From Planctomycetota bacterium (GTDB taxonomy: Bacteria; Planctomycetota; UBA8108; SXIK01): DNA of 64,000 nucleotides. The notes under the pieces were generated by a model that saw only the letters and a list, made by a program, of their open reading frames with translations, made no database searches and had not been told where the DNA came from. Both the position numbers and the translations under genes were made by a program. Of the stretch, positions 1 to 10,016 are shown in pieces; the stretch's first letter is position 1; the number at the start of each line of letters is the position of its first letter. The stretch is from assembly GCA_965223265.1 (NCBI GenBank), contig OZ244999.1:1504001-1568000 (forward strand). Reading direction: 5' to 3'.

Positions 1-764
1 TTGACATCCCAGCTCAGTGAGTCATTGCCTCTTTCGTGATGGGTCGTGACTCGACCGACTATGTCCGCCATGACGTGGAGCTTTCCGAAGGCGCGAGCTC
101 CAGTGACGAAGAAAGAGAGTTCATCCTCAGTTCCCTGAAAGACATCGCGTGAACCGTTGGACAATCTCCACCGCATACCGGTTGAGACGATCGAGAGAGT
201 TTCAGGATCGACGTACACGGCGCCCTTGAGGCCCAAGGCGACGTCGTTGTAACCCTCGCCTTCTGGAATAGCGACCGCTTCGAGGTCGGTGTGCCCGTCA
301 GCTGTGGCGATGAACTGAAGCCGTTCCAGGAGCGCCAATCGAGCTTGGACCGCCAGTGCCGTCAAGTCGCCGCCACCGAGAAGGCTGTCTTTAGGAAACT
401 CGTGGTAGAGAAGAAGCGGACGCAGATCCGAGTTGATGTACGGATCTTCGAAGTAGAGGGGCGAGCCTATCGGGCGGGGAGCCTCCTCGAATCCGCCTCG
501 CAGTCCAGTCAGAAATCCAGGCCAGAGGTACTCGCGAGATGTGTCGTCGCTGAGTTCGTCGGTCGGTTCGTCAGTCTCCGCAGCGAAGACCGACGACGGG
601 AGGCTCAAGCTGGGCAGGCCGAGTCCGAGTCGACTTGAGAGTGGCGACAGAGCGTCATCTTCGCACACCACCGCAGCGCATGACATGGCTGCCACGAGAG
701 AGAGTGCAGAGAGAGCAGGCTTGAGGTGCGAGAGCCACGGTGAGTGTGTTGGGATTTTCCGCAT
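1..764 (-). CDS. Planctomycete-type secreted/outer-membrane beta-barrel-like protein (partial, runs off the window start)
   Basis: Not in the ORF track because it has no stop in the window. Hand translation from ATG 764 is open to the edge: MRKIPTHSPW..., with a hydrophobic N-terminus, then PIGSPLYFEDPYINSDLRP...GGDLTALAVQARLAL...GYNDVALGLKG and amphipathic strands. Confidence 0.7.
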   Translation of the reverse strand, partial: MRKIPTHSPWLSHLKPALSALSLVAAMSCAAVVCEDDALSPLSSRLGLGLPSLSLPSSVFAAETDEPTDELSDDTSREYLWPGFLTGLRGGFEEAPRPIGSPLYFEDPYINSDLRPLLLYHEFPKDSLLGGGDLTALAVQARLALLERLQFIATADGHTDLEAVAIPEGEGYNDVALGLKGAVYVDPETLSIVSTGMRWRLSNGSRDVFQGTEDELSFFVTGARAFGKLHVMADIVGRVTTHHERGNDSLSWDV

Positions 765-962
765 TGAATGTTCACCATCCGACGTGAAAGACTTGATCGG
801 AGACACCACAGCGAGCCACCCTATGGGTGGCACAACGGCGGTTCTGTGACCGGGGTCACGGCTGACCGCACGTCTGGGCGAGCCGTTTCAGGAGGACGCG
901 CGACTTGAAAGCGGGCGACGCGGTGCGGACGATGGCGGCGTAATTCCCCGTCCTCAGCCACT

Positions 963-2591
963 GTGACACCTCGAATCGTGAGGATCTTTTTGGTGAATTG
1001 CTGCGCTTTTCTTCTCGGACGTCTCGGCGCCACGCTTGTGTTGGTTTTGCTCGCGACGCTCGCGAGTCCATCGGTCCGTGCACGCGACGCGGTCGCCAGA
1101 CCGAACATCGTCTTCATCATGGCAGACGACATGGGCTACGGCGACGTGGGCTGCTACAACCCGGACTCAAAGATTCCGACACCGCACATGGATCGACTGG
1201 CGCAAGAGGGTGTTCGTTTTACCGACGCTCATACGCCGTTTGCCGTTTGCACACCGACGCGTTACGGCGTTCTGACTGGACGCTATGCCTGGCGCACGCC
1301 GATGCGGCACGGGGTTTGTGGCGGCTACAACGGACCGCTGATCGAGAAAGATCGGCTGACAGTGGCAGGACTCTTGAGACGCAGCGGCTACGCGACCGCA
1401 GCTTTCGGCAAGTGGCATCTCGGGGTGGGGTGGCGACTCAAAGACGACGATAGCTTCGAGTTTCCGATCTTGCTGAATGCCCACAGGATTCGGGTCGATC
1501 GCGAGTTTGCTCAGCGCATTGCCTTCGACCAGCCGATGCGTGGTGGCCCGACCGCCGCCGGCTTTGACTACTTCTTTGGCACGGCGGGCTGCTCGACCGC
1601 CAACAGTCCGTTTTGTTTCATTGAGAACGACCGCGCGACCAGCACGCCTGTCTACCGTGAAGGCCTCGGGATGAGTGCACCCGACTGGCAGCACAAGGGC
1701 GCAGACCCTGCCTTCGCTGCCAAAGCTGTCGCATACATCGAAAGGCAGGCAGCGTCGGATCAGCCATTTTTTCTCTACGTGTGTCCGTCGGCACCACACG
1801 AGCCTTGCCGTCGTGAGGTCGTGCCGGAGTTCGCGCGCGACAAGAGCAGAGCGGGAGCTCGTGGCGATCTTGTCTGGCTGGTCGACTGGATGGTGGGGCA
1901 AATTGTCGATGCGCTCAAGCGCACTGGCAAGTACGAGGATACGTTACTTATTGTCACAAGCGATAACGGCGGTTTGCCAGGCGACCTTGTCGTCGACGAG
2001 AACGGTAAGACGCGTGCGGACGAACTGGGGCCGGTCTACGAGACGTTCGGTCACAAGACGAGCGGCAACTTTCGCGGCTTCAAGGCCCACAACTGGGAGG
2101 GAGGCCATCGAGTGCCGTTCATCGTCACCTGGCCGCGTCGTTTGCGAGGTGGTCAAGTGCGCGACGCGTTTTGTTCCCTCCTAGACTTCATGCCGACGTG
2201 CGCGGAGCTCGTCGGCGAGGAGCTCGAGGACGGCGAAGCCGAAGACGCCGTGAGTATGCTTTCGGTGATTCTTGACGACAAGGCGAAGCCGACGCGTGAG
2301 ATGCTTGTCACGCAGTCATCTTACGCGACCTACGCGATCCGCCGTGGCAAGTGGAAGCTCATCCGTGGCACGAAAAGCTCCGGCGGTTGGCCGCGGCCGC
2401 GTGGTCGAAGAGCTGTCCAAGGGGCGCCCGGGCAGCTTTATAATCTCGAGGCAGATCCTTACGAAACGAACGATCTCTACGAAGGGATGCCGGAGATTGT
2501 CAGGGAGCTTGAAGCGCTCTTGGCGAGCCAGGTCGGTCGCGAGGAAGTGCCGAAGAACTGGAGCTCGCCGGCGAGGCAGGCACAGAAGTAG
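963..2591 (+). CDS. Arylsulfatase (Cys-type sulfatase), secreted
   Basis: Signal peptide, RPNIVFIMADDMGYGD, formylglycine motif CTPTRYGVLTGR, GKWHLG, SDNG, EGGHRVP, LYNLEADPYE. Exact start uncertain. Confidence 0.95.
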   Translation: MTPRIVRIFLVNCCAFLLGRLGATLVLVLLATLASPSVRARDAVARPNIVFIMADDMGYGDVGCYNPDSKIPTPHMDRLAQEGVRFTDAHTPFAVCTPTRYGVLTGRYAWRTPMRHGVCGGYNGPLIEKDRLTVAGLLRRSGYATAAFGKWHLGVGWRLKDDDSFEFPILLNAHRIRVDREFAQRIAFDQPMRGGPTAAGFDYFFGTAGCSTANSPFCFIENDRATSTPVYREGLGMSAPDWQHKGADPAFAAKAVAYIERQAASDQPFFLYVCPSAPHEPCRREVVPEFARDKSRAGARGDLVWLVDWMVGQIVDALKRTGKYEDTLLIVTSDNGGLPGDLVVDENGKTRADELGPVYETFGHKTSGNFRGFKAHNWEGGHRVPFIVTWPRRLRGGQVRDAFCSLLDFMPTCAELVGEELEDGEAEDAVSMLSVILDDKAKPTREMLVTQSSYATYAIRRGKWKLIRGTKSSGGWPRPRGRRAVQGAPGQLYNLEADPYETNDLYEGMPEIVRELEALLASQVGREEVPKNWSSPARQAQK

Positions 2592-2618
2592 GCGTATGCG
2601 AAAGGCGAGGCACTTCCG

Positions 2619-3065
2619 ATGATTCGCCCTGCGATTCCGGCCGAGGCCAACGCGATCAGCGAGCTCGGGATCCGGTCCAAAGCTCACTGGGGATACTCTG
2701 CGGAGCAGATGCAGGTGTTCGCGGAGGAGCTCACGCTTGTGCCGGCCGACATCCGACTCCGCTCTGTCCACGTGCTCGAATCGAAGGGTCGGCTCATCGG
2801 CTACTACGCCCTCGTCCCGAAGTCCACTGCAGTGATGGAGCTCGAGCATCTCTTCGTCGACCCCGCCGAGCTCCGTCGAGGGCATGGTCGCTCCCTTTTC
2901 GCGCATGCGATCGATCTTGCCAGCCAGAAAAAGTACCAACGTTTGGCGATTCAGAGTGACCCGAACGCAGAGGGCTTCTACGTCGCGCTCGACGTGCCAC
3001 TCCTGCGGCGCATTCCCTCGAGCATTCCAGGACGGTCGATACCCTACTTCGAGTTAGAATTGTAG
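2619..3065 (+). CDS. GNAT family N-acetyltransferase
   Basis: RSKAHWGY, LEHLFVDP, acetyl-CoA motif RRGHGRSL, SDPNAEGFY. Confidence 0.9.
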   Translation: MIRPAIPAEANAISELGIRSKAHWGYSAEQMQVFAEELTLVPADIRLRSVHVLESKGRLIGYYALVPKSTAVMELEHLFVDPAELRRGHGRSLFAHAIDLASQKKYQRLAIQSDPNAEGFYVALDVPLLRRIPSSIPGRSIPYFELEL

Positions 3066-3134
3066 CCATCCATCGTCGTATTCCGACGGTGCCTGTCGCA
3101 AGACACCGAAAACGCAGGGCTCGAGGATCGCCTC

Positions 3135-3677
3135 ATGACACGACTGCACGAAGGCGCGTGTGACATCACTATCCGGCACGCTGCGGAGCGCGACGTGCAA
3201 GCGATGACGGCGATCTACAATCAAGCCGTCGAGACGACGACCGCTACGTTTGACACTCAACCGAAGACCGAGCAAGAGCAGCTCGACTGGTTCAGGGCGC
3301 ATGACGCCCAGCATCCCGTCATGGTGGCGGAGAGGGACGGCGCCGTTGTCGGCTGGACAGCACTCAGTAAATGGTCGGAGAAACTCGCGTACAGCGGTAC
3401 CGTAGAAACATCGATCTACATCGACGCGGCGTTTCGCGGTCAGGGGATCGGCCGCTGTTTGAAAGAGGCGATCCTGGAAGAAGGGCGGCGCGTTGGACTC
3501 CACACCGTCATCGCCCGCATCGCCGAGGGAAACGACGTCAGCCTCCACCTCAATGAATCTTTGGGGTTTCGGCGCATCGGCGTTATGAGAGAAGTCGGCC
3601 GGAAGTTCGGTCAGCTCCTCGATGTCCATTTGCTGCAAAAGATGCTGACCCCGCCGGAAGGTGACTCTCGACGGTAG
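3135..3677 (+). CDS. GNAT N-acetyltransferase, phosphinothricin/methionine-sulfoximine acetyltransferase (Pat/YncA-like)
   Basis: AIYNQAVETTTATFD, ETSIYI, RGQGIG, N-x-x-S-x-x-L, EVGRKFGQLLDV. Confidence 0.9.
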   Translation: MTRLHEGACDITIRHAAERDVQAMTAIYNQAVETTTATFDTQPKTEQEQLDWFRAHDAQHPVMVAERDGAVVGWTALSKWSEKLAYSGTVETSIYIDAAFRGQGIGRCLKEAILEEGRRVGLHTVIARIAEGNDVSLHLNESLGFRRIGVMREVGRKFGQLLDVHLLQKMLTPPEGDSRR

Positions 3678-3695
3678 TGGTTCGCGCGATGCGTT

Positions 3696-4997
3696 TTAGC
3701 GATCGTCCCGATCCCGTCGAATACAGTAGAGGTGATCCACATCGCGAAGAATCAGCGCTCCATGAGCCATCGCCGGTGACGCCCAGAATTGACCTTCCAG
3801 CGAGTTTGTCGCGGTGATGCGAAAGTTCGGCCCCGGGGCCAAAACGTGCGTCGTGCCAGTGTCACCGAGACAAAAGACTTCACCGCCGTAAGCCCAGGGC
3901 GTCGCCCAAAGCGCGCGCGTACCCTCGAGGCGTGCCTTGAACGACTCTTCACCTGTTTTTGCATCATAGGCGGCAACGATCCCGCTGCGCCGCTGCACGA
4001 CGTACACTTGACCGCGATAGACTAGCGGTGATGCCATCGGCGGGCCTGCGTTAGCGCGCGACCAAAGGACGCCCGCGCTGGTCTTGTCGCCATCGGCCGG
4101 CGTGATATCCCCGTTCGCTCCGGCCTTCACCGCGAAGAGCTCGCCACCGTCGGCGCGACGTTCCGAGCCGAGGTAGAGAGTGTTCTCGTCACCTGTCGGT
4201 GAAGAGGAACAGCGGCCTCCGAGGCGAAGTGCCCAGAGCAGCTTTCCCGACTTGGGATCGTACGAGCGTGCCGTGCGTCCGTTCGTGACGAGCTCAGTTC
4301 GTTCCTTGTTCTTCCAGATCATCGGCGTGCACCAGTTGGAACCTTCATCGCGGTCGACACGCCAAATCTCATCGCCGCTCTTCGGGTCGAGCGCGACGAG
4401 AAACGACTTCTCCTCCGAGTCGATTTGCAAATAGAGTCGGCCAGCGTGCAGGAGAGGCGAGCTTGAGGTGCCCCAGTCTCTTTGCATCGAGTAAGCGCCA
4501 AGGTCTTTTTTCCAGACGAGATCGCCGTCGAAATCGTAAGCGAAGAGGCCGGTCATACCGAAGTAAGCGTAGACGCGATCGCCATCGGTGACCGGCGTTT
4601 CGGAGGCGTAAGTGTTGTCCTTGTGTGTCACGATCCGCGGTGCACCATGGACGGCGGCCTTGGTCCAGAGGATCTTGCCGCTGTCGAGGTTGAGGCAGTG
4701 AACTTCCCAGCGGTACACTCCGCCTCTCAGCCGGCGCTCCGACAGCGTCGGCGCTTCCTCCTCCACGGCGCTGGTGACGAACACTTTGCTCCCCCAAACG
4801 ATCGGCGACGACCAGCCATGGCCGGGGATCGCTGTCTTCCAAACGACGCTCTCCACGCCCCAGCGTCTCGGGAGCTCCGCGTGCGCCGGCAGATTGTTGC
4901 TGGCTGCGCCGCGGAACTGTGGCCACTCGTTCTCGGTCGCGGTGACGGTGTAGGTGCTGGCGACAAGGCTGAGGATGAGAGCGCTTGAACGGATCAT
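3696..4997 (-). CDS. PQQ-binding-like beta-propeller repeat protein (BamB-like, planctomycete-expanded family)
   Basis: Signal peptide from ATG 4997, WPQFRG, WKTAIPGHGWSSPIVWG, ASETPVTDG, WGTSSSP, repeated G-x-x-x-W motifs. Confidence 0.9.
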   Translation of the reverse strand: MIRSSALILSLVASTYTVTATENEWPQFRGAASNNLPAHAELPRRWGVESVVWKTAIPGHGWSSPIVWGSKVFVTSAVEEEAPTLSERRLRGGVYRWEVHCLNLDSGKILWTKAAVHGAPRIVTHKDNTYASETPVTDGDRVYAYFGMTGLFAYDFDGDLVWKKDLGAYSMQRDWGTSSSPLLHAGRLYLQIDSEEKSFLVALDPKSGDEIWRVDRDEGSNWCTPMIWKNKERTELVTNGRTARSYDPKSGKLLWALRLGGRCSSSPTGDENTLYLGSERRADGGELFAVKAGANGDITPADGDKTSAGVLWSRANAGPPMASPLVYRGQVYVVQRRSGIVAAYDAKTGEESFKARLEGTRALWATPWAYGGEVFCLGDTGTTHVLAPGPNFRITATNSLEGQFWASPAMAHGALILRDVDHLYCIRRDRDDR

Positions 4998-5161
4998 TAC
5001 CCTACCTGCGGAGGATCGTCGGACGAGGTGCTCAGTTGACCAGACGCGTGGAGCGATTGTATCGCCTCGAGCATGTCGCGCGCTTCCGAAACTGGCGCCA
5101 GGAGCGGCGGGGTCGTGTGAGGGGCGATCGACTGTGGGGTCTCGTCGGACCCCTCGATACG

Positions 5162-5737
5162 TCAATGCCGCGCACCCTCAGAGCGCGGAACCGTTGGCAG
5201 CGCGGCGAGGAAGATGACCAATCCCGACCCGAGCACGAACAGCGTTACGTAACCGTAGACGCAGTTCGGCAGGAAAAGGACACTCAACGAAAACGCAGCG
5301 AAGACCAGCGCGATGCCAATCCATTTGGCACGCTCCGGGATGCGCCGGTGCTCCTCCCACTCGCGCACGATGCGCCCGAAGAGGCGGTGATCCCGAAGCC
5401 AAGAGTGAGCGCGCCGCGAGCCGCGGGCGAAACAAAACCCTGCGAGCAGGACGAGTGGGGTCGTCGGAAGCAGGGGAAGAAAGATTCCCAGCACGCCAAG
5501 CGTCAGTGCCAATGAGCCGGCGGCGAGGAGCAGCGCGCGTTGCCACGAAGGTCGCTCCAGTTTCCGGGCCCGTGACCCGGAAGTCGCGTCGCCAGCAAGA
5601 CCGTCGGCCTCGATGTCCGCAGGAGAACTCGTTTGCGCTACCCCAGCCTCGCTCGCCCTGCGGTCGCTCTGGTGCGTGTCCCGCGTGGAGTGCTCGCTAT
5701 CTGTTCGCGGTGGGTCTTTCTGAGGCAACGTTTTCAC
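5162..5737 (-). CDS. YbaN/DUF454 family inner-membrane protein
   Basis: GVLGIFLPLLPTTPLVLLAGFCFARGS...HSWL...FG signature. True start may lie downstream. Confidence 0.85.
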   Translation of the reverse strand: MKTLPQKDPPRTDSEHSTRDTHQSDRRASEAGVAQTSSPADIEADGLAGDATSGSRARKLERPSWQRALLLAAGSLALTLGVLGIFLPLLPTTPLVLLAGFCFARGSRRAHSWLRDHRLFGRIVREWEEHRRIPERAKWIGIALVFAAFSLSVLFLPNCVYGYVTLFVLGSGLVIFLAALPTVPRSEGARH

Positions 5738-5869
5738 CTGAATCGACGACGGTCGGCAAAGCGCTTAGCGGTCGTTTCTCATCAGAATTATCGTCCGTCA
5801 GCTCGCTACGCGCCAGGGTTTGTCGCCGCCACGCCGCAGCGAAGAGTGGCGCAATGGGCTCCAGCGTTG

Positions 5870-6919
5870 CTACGCAGCATTTTCGGCATCGCTCGCGCGA
5901 CGCTCTTGAGCAGGATCGATCTGATCGCGTGCTGCGTTTGCGGGCGACCTTGCTGGCTTACACCGAGGTGTCTTTTCGCTTTGGGATCCATGCCCTAAAA
6001 GGTTTCGAAGTGCCGACGAGATTTCAGGAAAGACGAACGTGAACCCTTCCTCGCGCAGTCGCGTCGAGACGCAGTAGCGTCCGCACAGAGCCAATTCCGG
6101 GTCCGTGCGCAAAAAGAGCGGCGCGCTGACCCGTACCAGCCAACGTGGCGCGGGCAGTCCGATCGGTCTGCCGAGAGCTCGCCGCAGGTGACGCATGAAC
6201 TCGGCGTTCGATACGGGATTGGGTGCCGTTGCGATGTATGCACCGCGCATGCTGTCGTCGGCGATGGCGCGTTCGAAGAGGCGGTTCATGTCTTCCTCGT
6301 GGATCCAACTGATACCTTGGCGTCCGTGCCCTGCTTTGCCGCCAAGACCCCAGCGTGCCAGCCGGGCGAGGCGCGGTAAGGCGCCGCCGCTTTGCCCGAG
6401 AACAAAGCTGGTGCGTAGAATCACTCGGCGCATGCCGGGAAGCACGGCGCGGTCGTAAGCTGCTTCCCACTCGGCGCCGACGAATGGGGCCAAGCCATAA
6501 CCGAACGCCGCATCCTCGTCGCACACGATTCGTGGTGGATCGCCGTAACGATGCGCGGTCGACATCTGCACCCACACGGGTGGCGGCGTACGTGTGCGCC
6601 GTAGTGCTTCTCCGAGCACTCGCGTCGATTCGACACGCGAGCGCAGAATTTCGTCGCAGTGCTCAGACGTCTTGACGCAGTCGACCGAACGACCTGCCAG
6701 GTTGACGAGAGCTGCGGTGCCGTCAAGGTGCTCGGCCCAATCGCCCAGCCGGCAACCGTCCCACGCCACGTGCATCCACGGACCAGTCTGGCGAGGAGCA
6801 TGGCGCGAAATCAGCGTCACGTGCCAGCGGCAACGCGTGAGATGGCGAGCAAGATTCATGCCGAGAAATCCGGTACCGCCAGCTATGACAACGCGCCTCG
6901 TTTGTGGTTGAGTCAGCAT
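5870..6919 (-). CDS. TIGR01777-like NAD-dependent epimerase (DUF1731 C-terminus)
   Basis: [11 protein letters not shown] Rossmann motif, [36 protein letters not shown]. Start set at ATG 6919. Confidence 0.9.
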   Translation of the reverse strand: MLTQPQTRRVVIAGGTGFLGMNLARHLTRCRWHVTLISRHAPRQTGPWMHVAWDGCRLGDWAEHLDGTAALVNLAGRSVDCVKTSEHCDEILRSRVESTRVLGEALRRTRTPPPVWVQMSTAHRYGDPPRIVCDEDAAFGYGLAPFVGAEWEAAYDRAVLPGMRRVILRTSFVLGQSGGALPRLARLARWGLGGKAGHGRQGISWIHEEDMNRLFERAIADDSMRGAYIATAPNPVSNAEFMRHLRRALGRPIGLPAPRWLVRVSAPLFLRTDPELALCGRYCVSTRLREEGFTFVFPEISSALRNLLGHGSQSEKTPRCKPARSPANAARDQIDPAQERRASDAENAA

Positions 6920-7069
6920 TTCGCAGATTCTCCTCGTCGGTGGCGATCGCTCGTCAGCAGGCAATCGAGCGCGTCGGAAATTTTTTGACTTGTAGTCAAG
7001 CGCGCACGACCACGCCTCCAGATCCAGTGACCTCAACCGCAAGACGGTGCACTCCTTTCACACTACGGT

Positions 7070-7107
7070 TGAAAGAAACGGCCCGCAGATCGCGGCCGTA
7101 TCTTTCA
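7070..7107. other. Intergenic stem-loop between divergent genes
   Basis: TGAAAGA-A-ACGGCC...GGCCGT-A-TCTTTCA inverted repeat. Confidence 0.4.
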
Positions 7108-7238
7108 GGTCTGCGTGCCCTGTCTCCTACGGCCGGGATCTGGTATGGTTTCTCGAAACCTAGGCTCGAGCGAGACCTGCGATGGTTGTCGTCTTCGATG
7201 TGCGTATCAGCAAGGGACCCTCTGCCGTAGGAGCTCCG

Positions 7239-8676
7239 TTGCTGCCGCGGCCGGGTCGGCACCAGTTCGCTCGCAAAGGGGCTCGTCGACTGCGGCGCGG
7301 TGAATGGTGGAGTGGTCTCGCGTGGCGTTCGCGTCTCCTTACCGCGTGGTTGTCGCTAGCGCTGCTGGCGAGCTGCGGAACGGTCCAGAGTCTTCTTACC
7401 TATCCGGACCCGTACGGTGGAGCTGGCGTGGCAGCTCATCGGGACGCACGAGGCGAGGCAGTTTTCTTCATGCTCGCCGACGTTTCTTGCCAGCACTGCC
7501 GCGGACACGGTTCTTCTGCCCGTAACGATCCCGATGGCACTACTCGGTGGAGACTCTCCCGGTTCGCCGAGCGTGAGCGTCGCCGTCGATTTGCCGGTTT
7601 TCGACGGCGAGGTTTTTGTCGCCGACGATGCGACTCAAGCCTGCGTTGGTTGGCTCACCGCCGAAGGGGACGAGACCGCAGCACGTGCCATCGTCGTCAC
7701 CAGAGACCACGACCCCGCGTTTTCAAGCGCCGAGGCGCAAACGTTGTCGGCGGATACACTGAGAAGATTTCCCCAACTCGAGCGACAAGTCAGGGCGCGG
7801 GGGCTGCGCTTCAACGCCAAATTCTGGCCGGGTGGAGCAGGACCTACTCCAGGGTGGACCGCCGCGGAAGCTCCAGTGATTCGGGTTTTCGACGCTGAGA
7901 GCGCGCTCGTCTTCATTGCCGGCGACGGCAAGGACGCTGGGAAGGACGAAGTGGATGGAGTCGACGTGCGGACGGCCCGGGACGCCGTACCGCACACACG
8001 TACCCGCAGCGTTGACCTTGCCGGACGAAGGCAATGGGAGGCATTGGTGCCGCTATCGGAGGATCAACGCCATCGCTCCATCGTCACGCCGCTGGCATGG
8101 GAAGGGGAGAATTGCCTCCTGCTTGCAGCGCTGCCGGGGTTGGGGCTCATTCTTGATCGCGACAGCGGTGCGGTCAAAACGGACGTGCCGGCTCTGGGCG
8201 ACTTCGGCGCTGGTGACGCTCAGCTTTCTGAGTTGGATGTCTTTGCGCTTGATGCCGATCAGAATCTGCTGGCACGAGGTGAGCGCAGACGAGGCGTCGT
8301 TCACGTCACCGCCTTGCATCATCCGCACGAGGCACCGGTCAATATGTTGGAAGTGCCCTGGGGCCTGCGAGCGTTTTGGCGCGTCGAGCGTCTTCGTTTT
8401 GACGCCGACAAGACTCTGGTTGTGGAGTTTTCAGCTTCCGGGTCGCGCCTCTTTGCGACCGTCATCTACTCTCTACCCGAAGCACGGGTTCTCTGGTCAG
8501 AAGCCCGGCGCCGCATCGATTCTGTCGTGTTGTCCCCCGACGCAAGATGGCTTGTGTACTTGAAGGACCGCGATCGTCTTGAGATCGTGCAGCTTCAAGA
8601 AGACGCACCGATCTCCGCTGCGAGCGGCGACGTCGAATCGTTGGCGATTACCCAACCTTGTTCGCACCGTCTGTGA
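7239..8676 (+). CDS. YceK/YidQ-like lipoprotein fused to a large extracytoplasmic domain; +1 frameshift at about 7483-7485
   Basis: AGGAG at 7229 then TTG 7239; lipobox LLASC followed by GT...PYGG in one frame, while ASTAADTVLLPVTIP lies in the frame of ORF 7417..8676. Deleting one T in GTTTCTT joins them as MLADVLASTAADTVLLPVTIP. Confidence 0.65.
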
Positions 8677-8689
8677 GGAATCACCATCT

Positions 8690-9070
8690 ATGCCGTCCTC
8701 GATCACTGCCCTTTATCCAGTTGTCGCCGTCGACTCGCCTCGTGACACCGCTGCCGCGTTCGCCGAACTGTTCGATTTGCAGCCGGTGTTCGAGTCGGAC
8801 TGGTACATGCACTTGGCGAGCGCGTCAGGTGGGTGCCAGGTGGGGCTTGTGCGCTTCGATCATGAAAGTGTCCCAGAGGGGTATCAAGCCTCTGTCCGCG
8901 GCGCGTTCGTCACCATGGATTCAAACGACGTAGCAGCAATGTGGGAGGAGAAAAAGGGTCGGCTTGACGTCGTTGTTCCCCTCGCTGACGAGTCGTGGGG
9001 GCAGCGTCACTTTATTTGCCGCCTCCCAGGCGGTGTGCTCGTCGATGTGGTTCAGATGTTGACCGAGTAG
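8690..9070 (+). CDS. VOC/glyoxalase family protein
   Basis: GAGG SD before ATG 8690; FESDWYMHL, DESWGQRHFICRLPGGVLVDVVQ. Confidence 0.9.
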   Translation: MPSSITALYPVVAVDSPRDTAAAFAELFDLQPVFESDWYMHLASASGGCQVGLVRFDHESVPEGYQASVRGAFVTMDSNDVAAMWEEKKGRLDVVVPLADESWGQRHFICRLPGGVLVDVVQMLTE

Positions 9071-9179
9071 CTGGAGGAGGCTGCGTCCTGGGGCTTGTGC
9101 AGCGTCGGGGAAGCGTTACCGCCACCGCACCGAAGAACCTTTCGATGGCAAGGAAGAACATGGTAGACTCGCCGCTACC

Positions 9180-9812
9180 ATGTCACGTGTGAAGAATCGC
9201 CCGCAGGTCGTGTCCTCACAGGAGCGCAACGAACGAGTCGCGGCGGCCCTGCTCGCGTTCGTTTTTAGCGGTGTCTATTGCTTTTGGATGCCGCTTCACA
9301 TGCTCGCGTCGCCTCACGATCATGTCCTTGGGTGGGTGCCTCACTCGCATTCGGACGGGCACGGCCATGCTCACCATCGGCGTCCAGTCGACGGCCAATT
9401 GTCTCATGCCCACGGACAGCCCGCTGCGCATGATCATCACGACCACCACGATGACGATGATCACCACCACCACGCCGTTTCCATCGGTCACGGTGGGCTT
9501 CACACCGAAGTGGTCGACGAGAGCGAGTTCGGCGGGGGGAGCCTTTTGGTCCTCAGCGCGATCGAGCCGCTGAGTTCGGGAGAATCGATCGTCCATCACC
9601 ACCCTTCGTTTAAAGACACTTCGATCGACTTGCAGGCTCTCGATCTCGCCGCCTTTCTGCAGCCGCATCGCATAGTCGGCACGAGCCTCGAGCCCGTAGC
9701 CTCCGAGGTCCCGACCTCGTCGCACGACCCCCCGCAGCGTTTCGTTCACGTCCCAGCTGCGCCGCGGGCGCCTCCGGTTCAGCAGCTTTCTTCCTCGGTG
9801 TTTTGCGACTGA
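9180..9812 (+). CDS. His-rich leader-like protein with one TM/signal segment and a C-terminal RAPP motif (DUF2946-like architecture)
   Basis: Hydrophobic segment, then HSHSDGHGHAHH...HDHHDHHDDDDHHHH, then PAAPRAPP (RAPP at 9765-9776) near the stop; lies directly upstream of a metal RND operon. Confidence 0.75.
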   Translation: MSRVKNRPQVVSSQERNERVAAALLAFVFSGVYCFWMPLHMLASPHDHVLGWVPHSHSDGHGHAHHRRPVDGQLSHAHGQPAAHDHHDHHDDDDHHHHAVSIGHGGLHTEVVDESEFGGGSLLVLSAIEPLSSGESIVHHHPSFKDTSIDLQALDLAAFLQPHRIVGTSLEPVASEVPTSSHDPPQRFVHVPAAPRAPPVQQLSSSVFCD

Positions 9813-9863
9813 TTCGTCGCCTCCGGAGAATGTCTGTGTTCACGGCCCGCCGAAGTGTGATGG

Positions 9864-10008
9864 CGCCCGATTCTGGGCGGTGAATAGCGTCGATCTAGAC
9901 GCTAACGATCCAGCCTTCGTCTGGACTCACGCGACAGGTGCCCGTCTTTGTGTGCTGCTTCTCCACTCGGCGTTCAGTCGCGTTTTGACGCGAGCTGTTA
10001 GCGGAGTG
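9864..10008 (+). promoter_or_regulatory. Structured leader with three hairpins; the last one pairs with the GGAG SD of the czcB-like gene
   Basis: CGCCC/GGGCG (9864-9879); TAGCGTC/GACGCTA (9885-9904); CACTC..CAG-TCGCGT-tttg-ACGCGA-g-CTG..GAGTG (9964-10008), which covers GGAG at 10003-10006. Confidence 0.45.
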
Positions 10009-10016
10009 CACTTCGC

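Noticed and set aside
9813-10016. Known metal riboswitch (NiCo or fluoride) in the czcB leader
   Set aside because: Hairpins are present, but I could not match the consensus of either family by eye; an Rfam scan would settle it.
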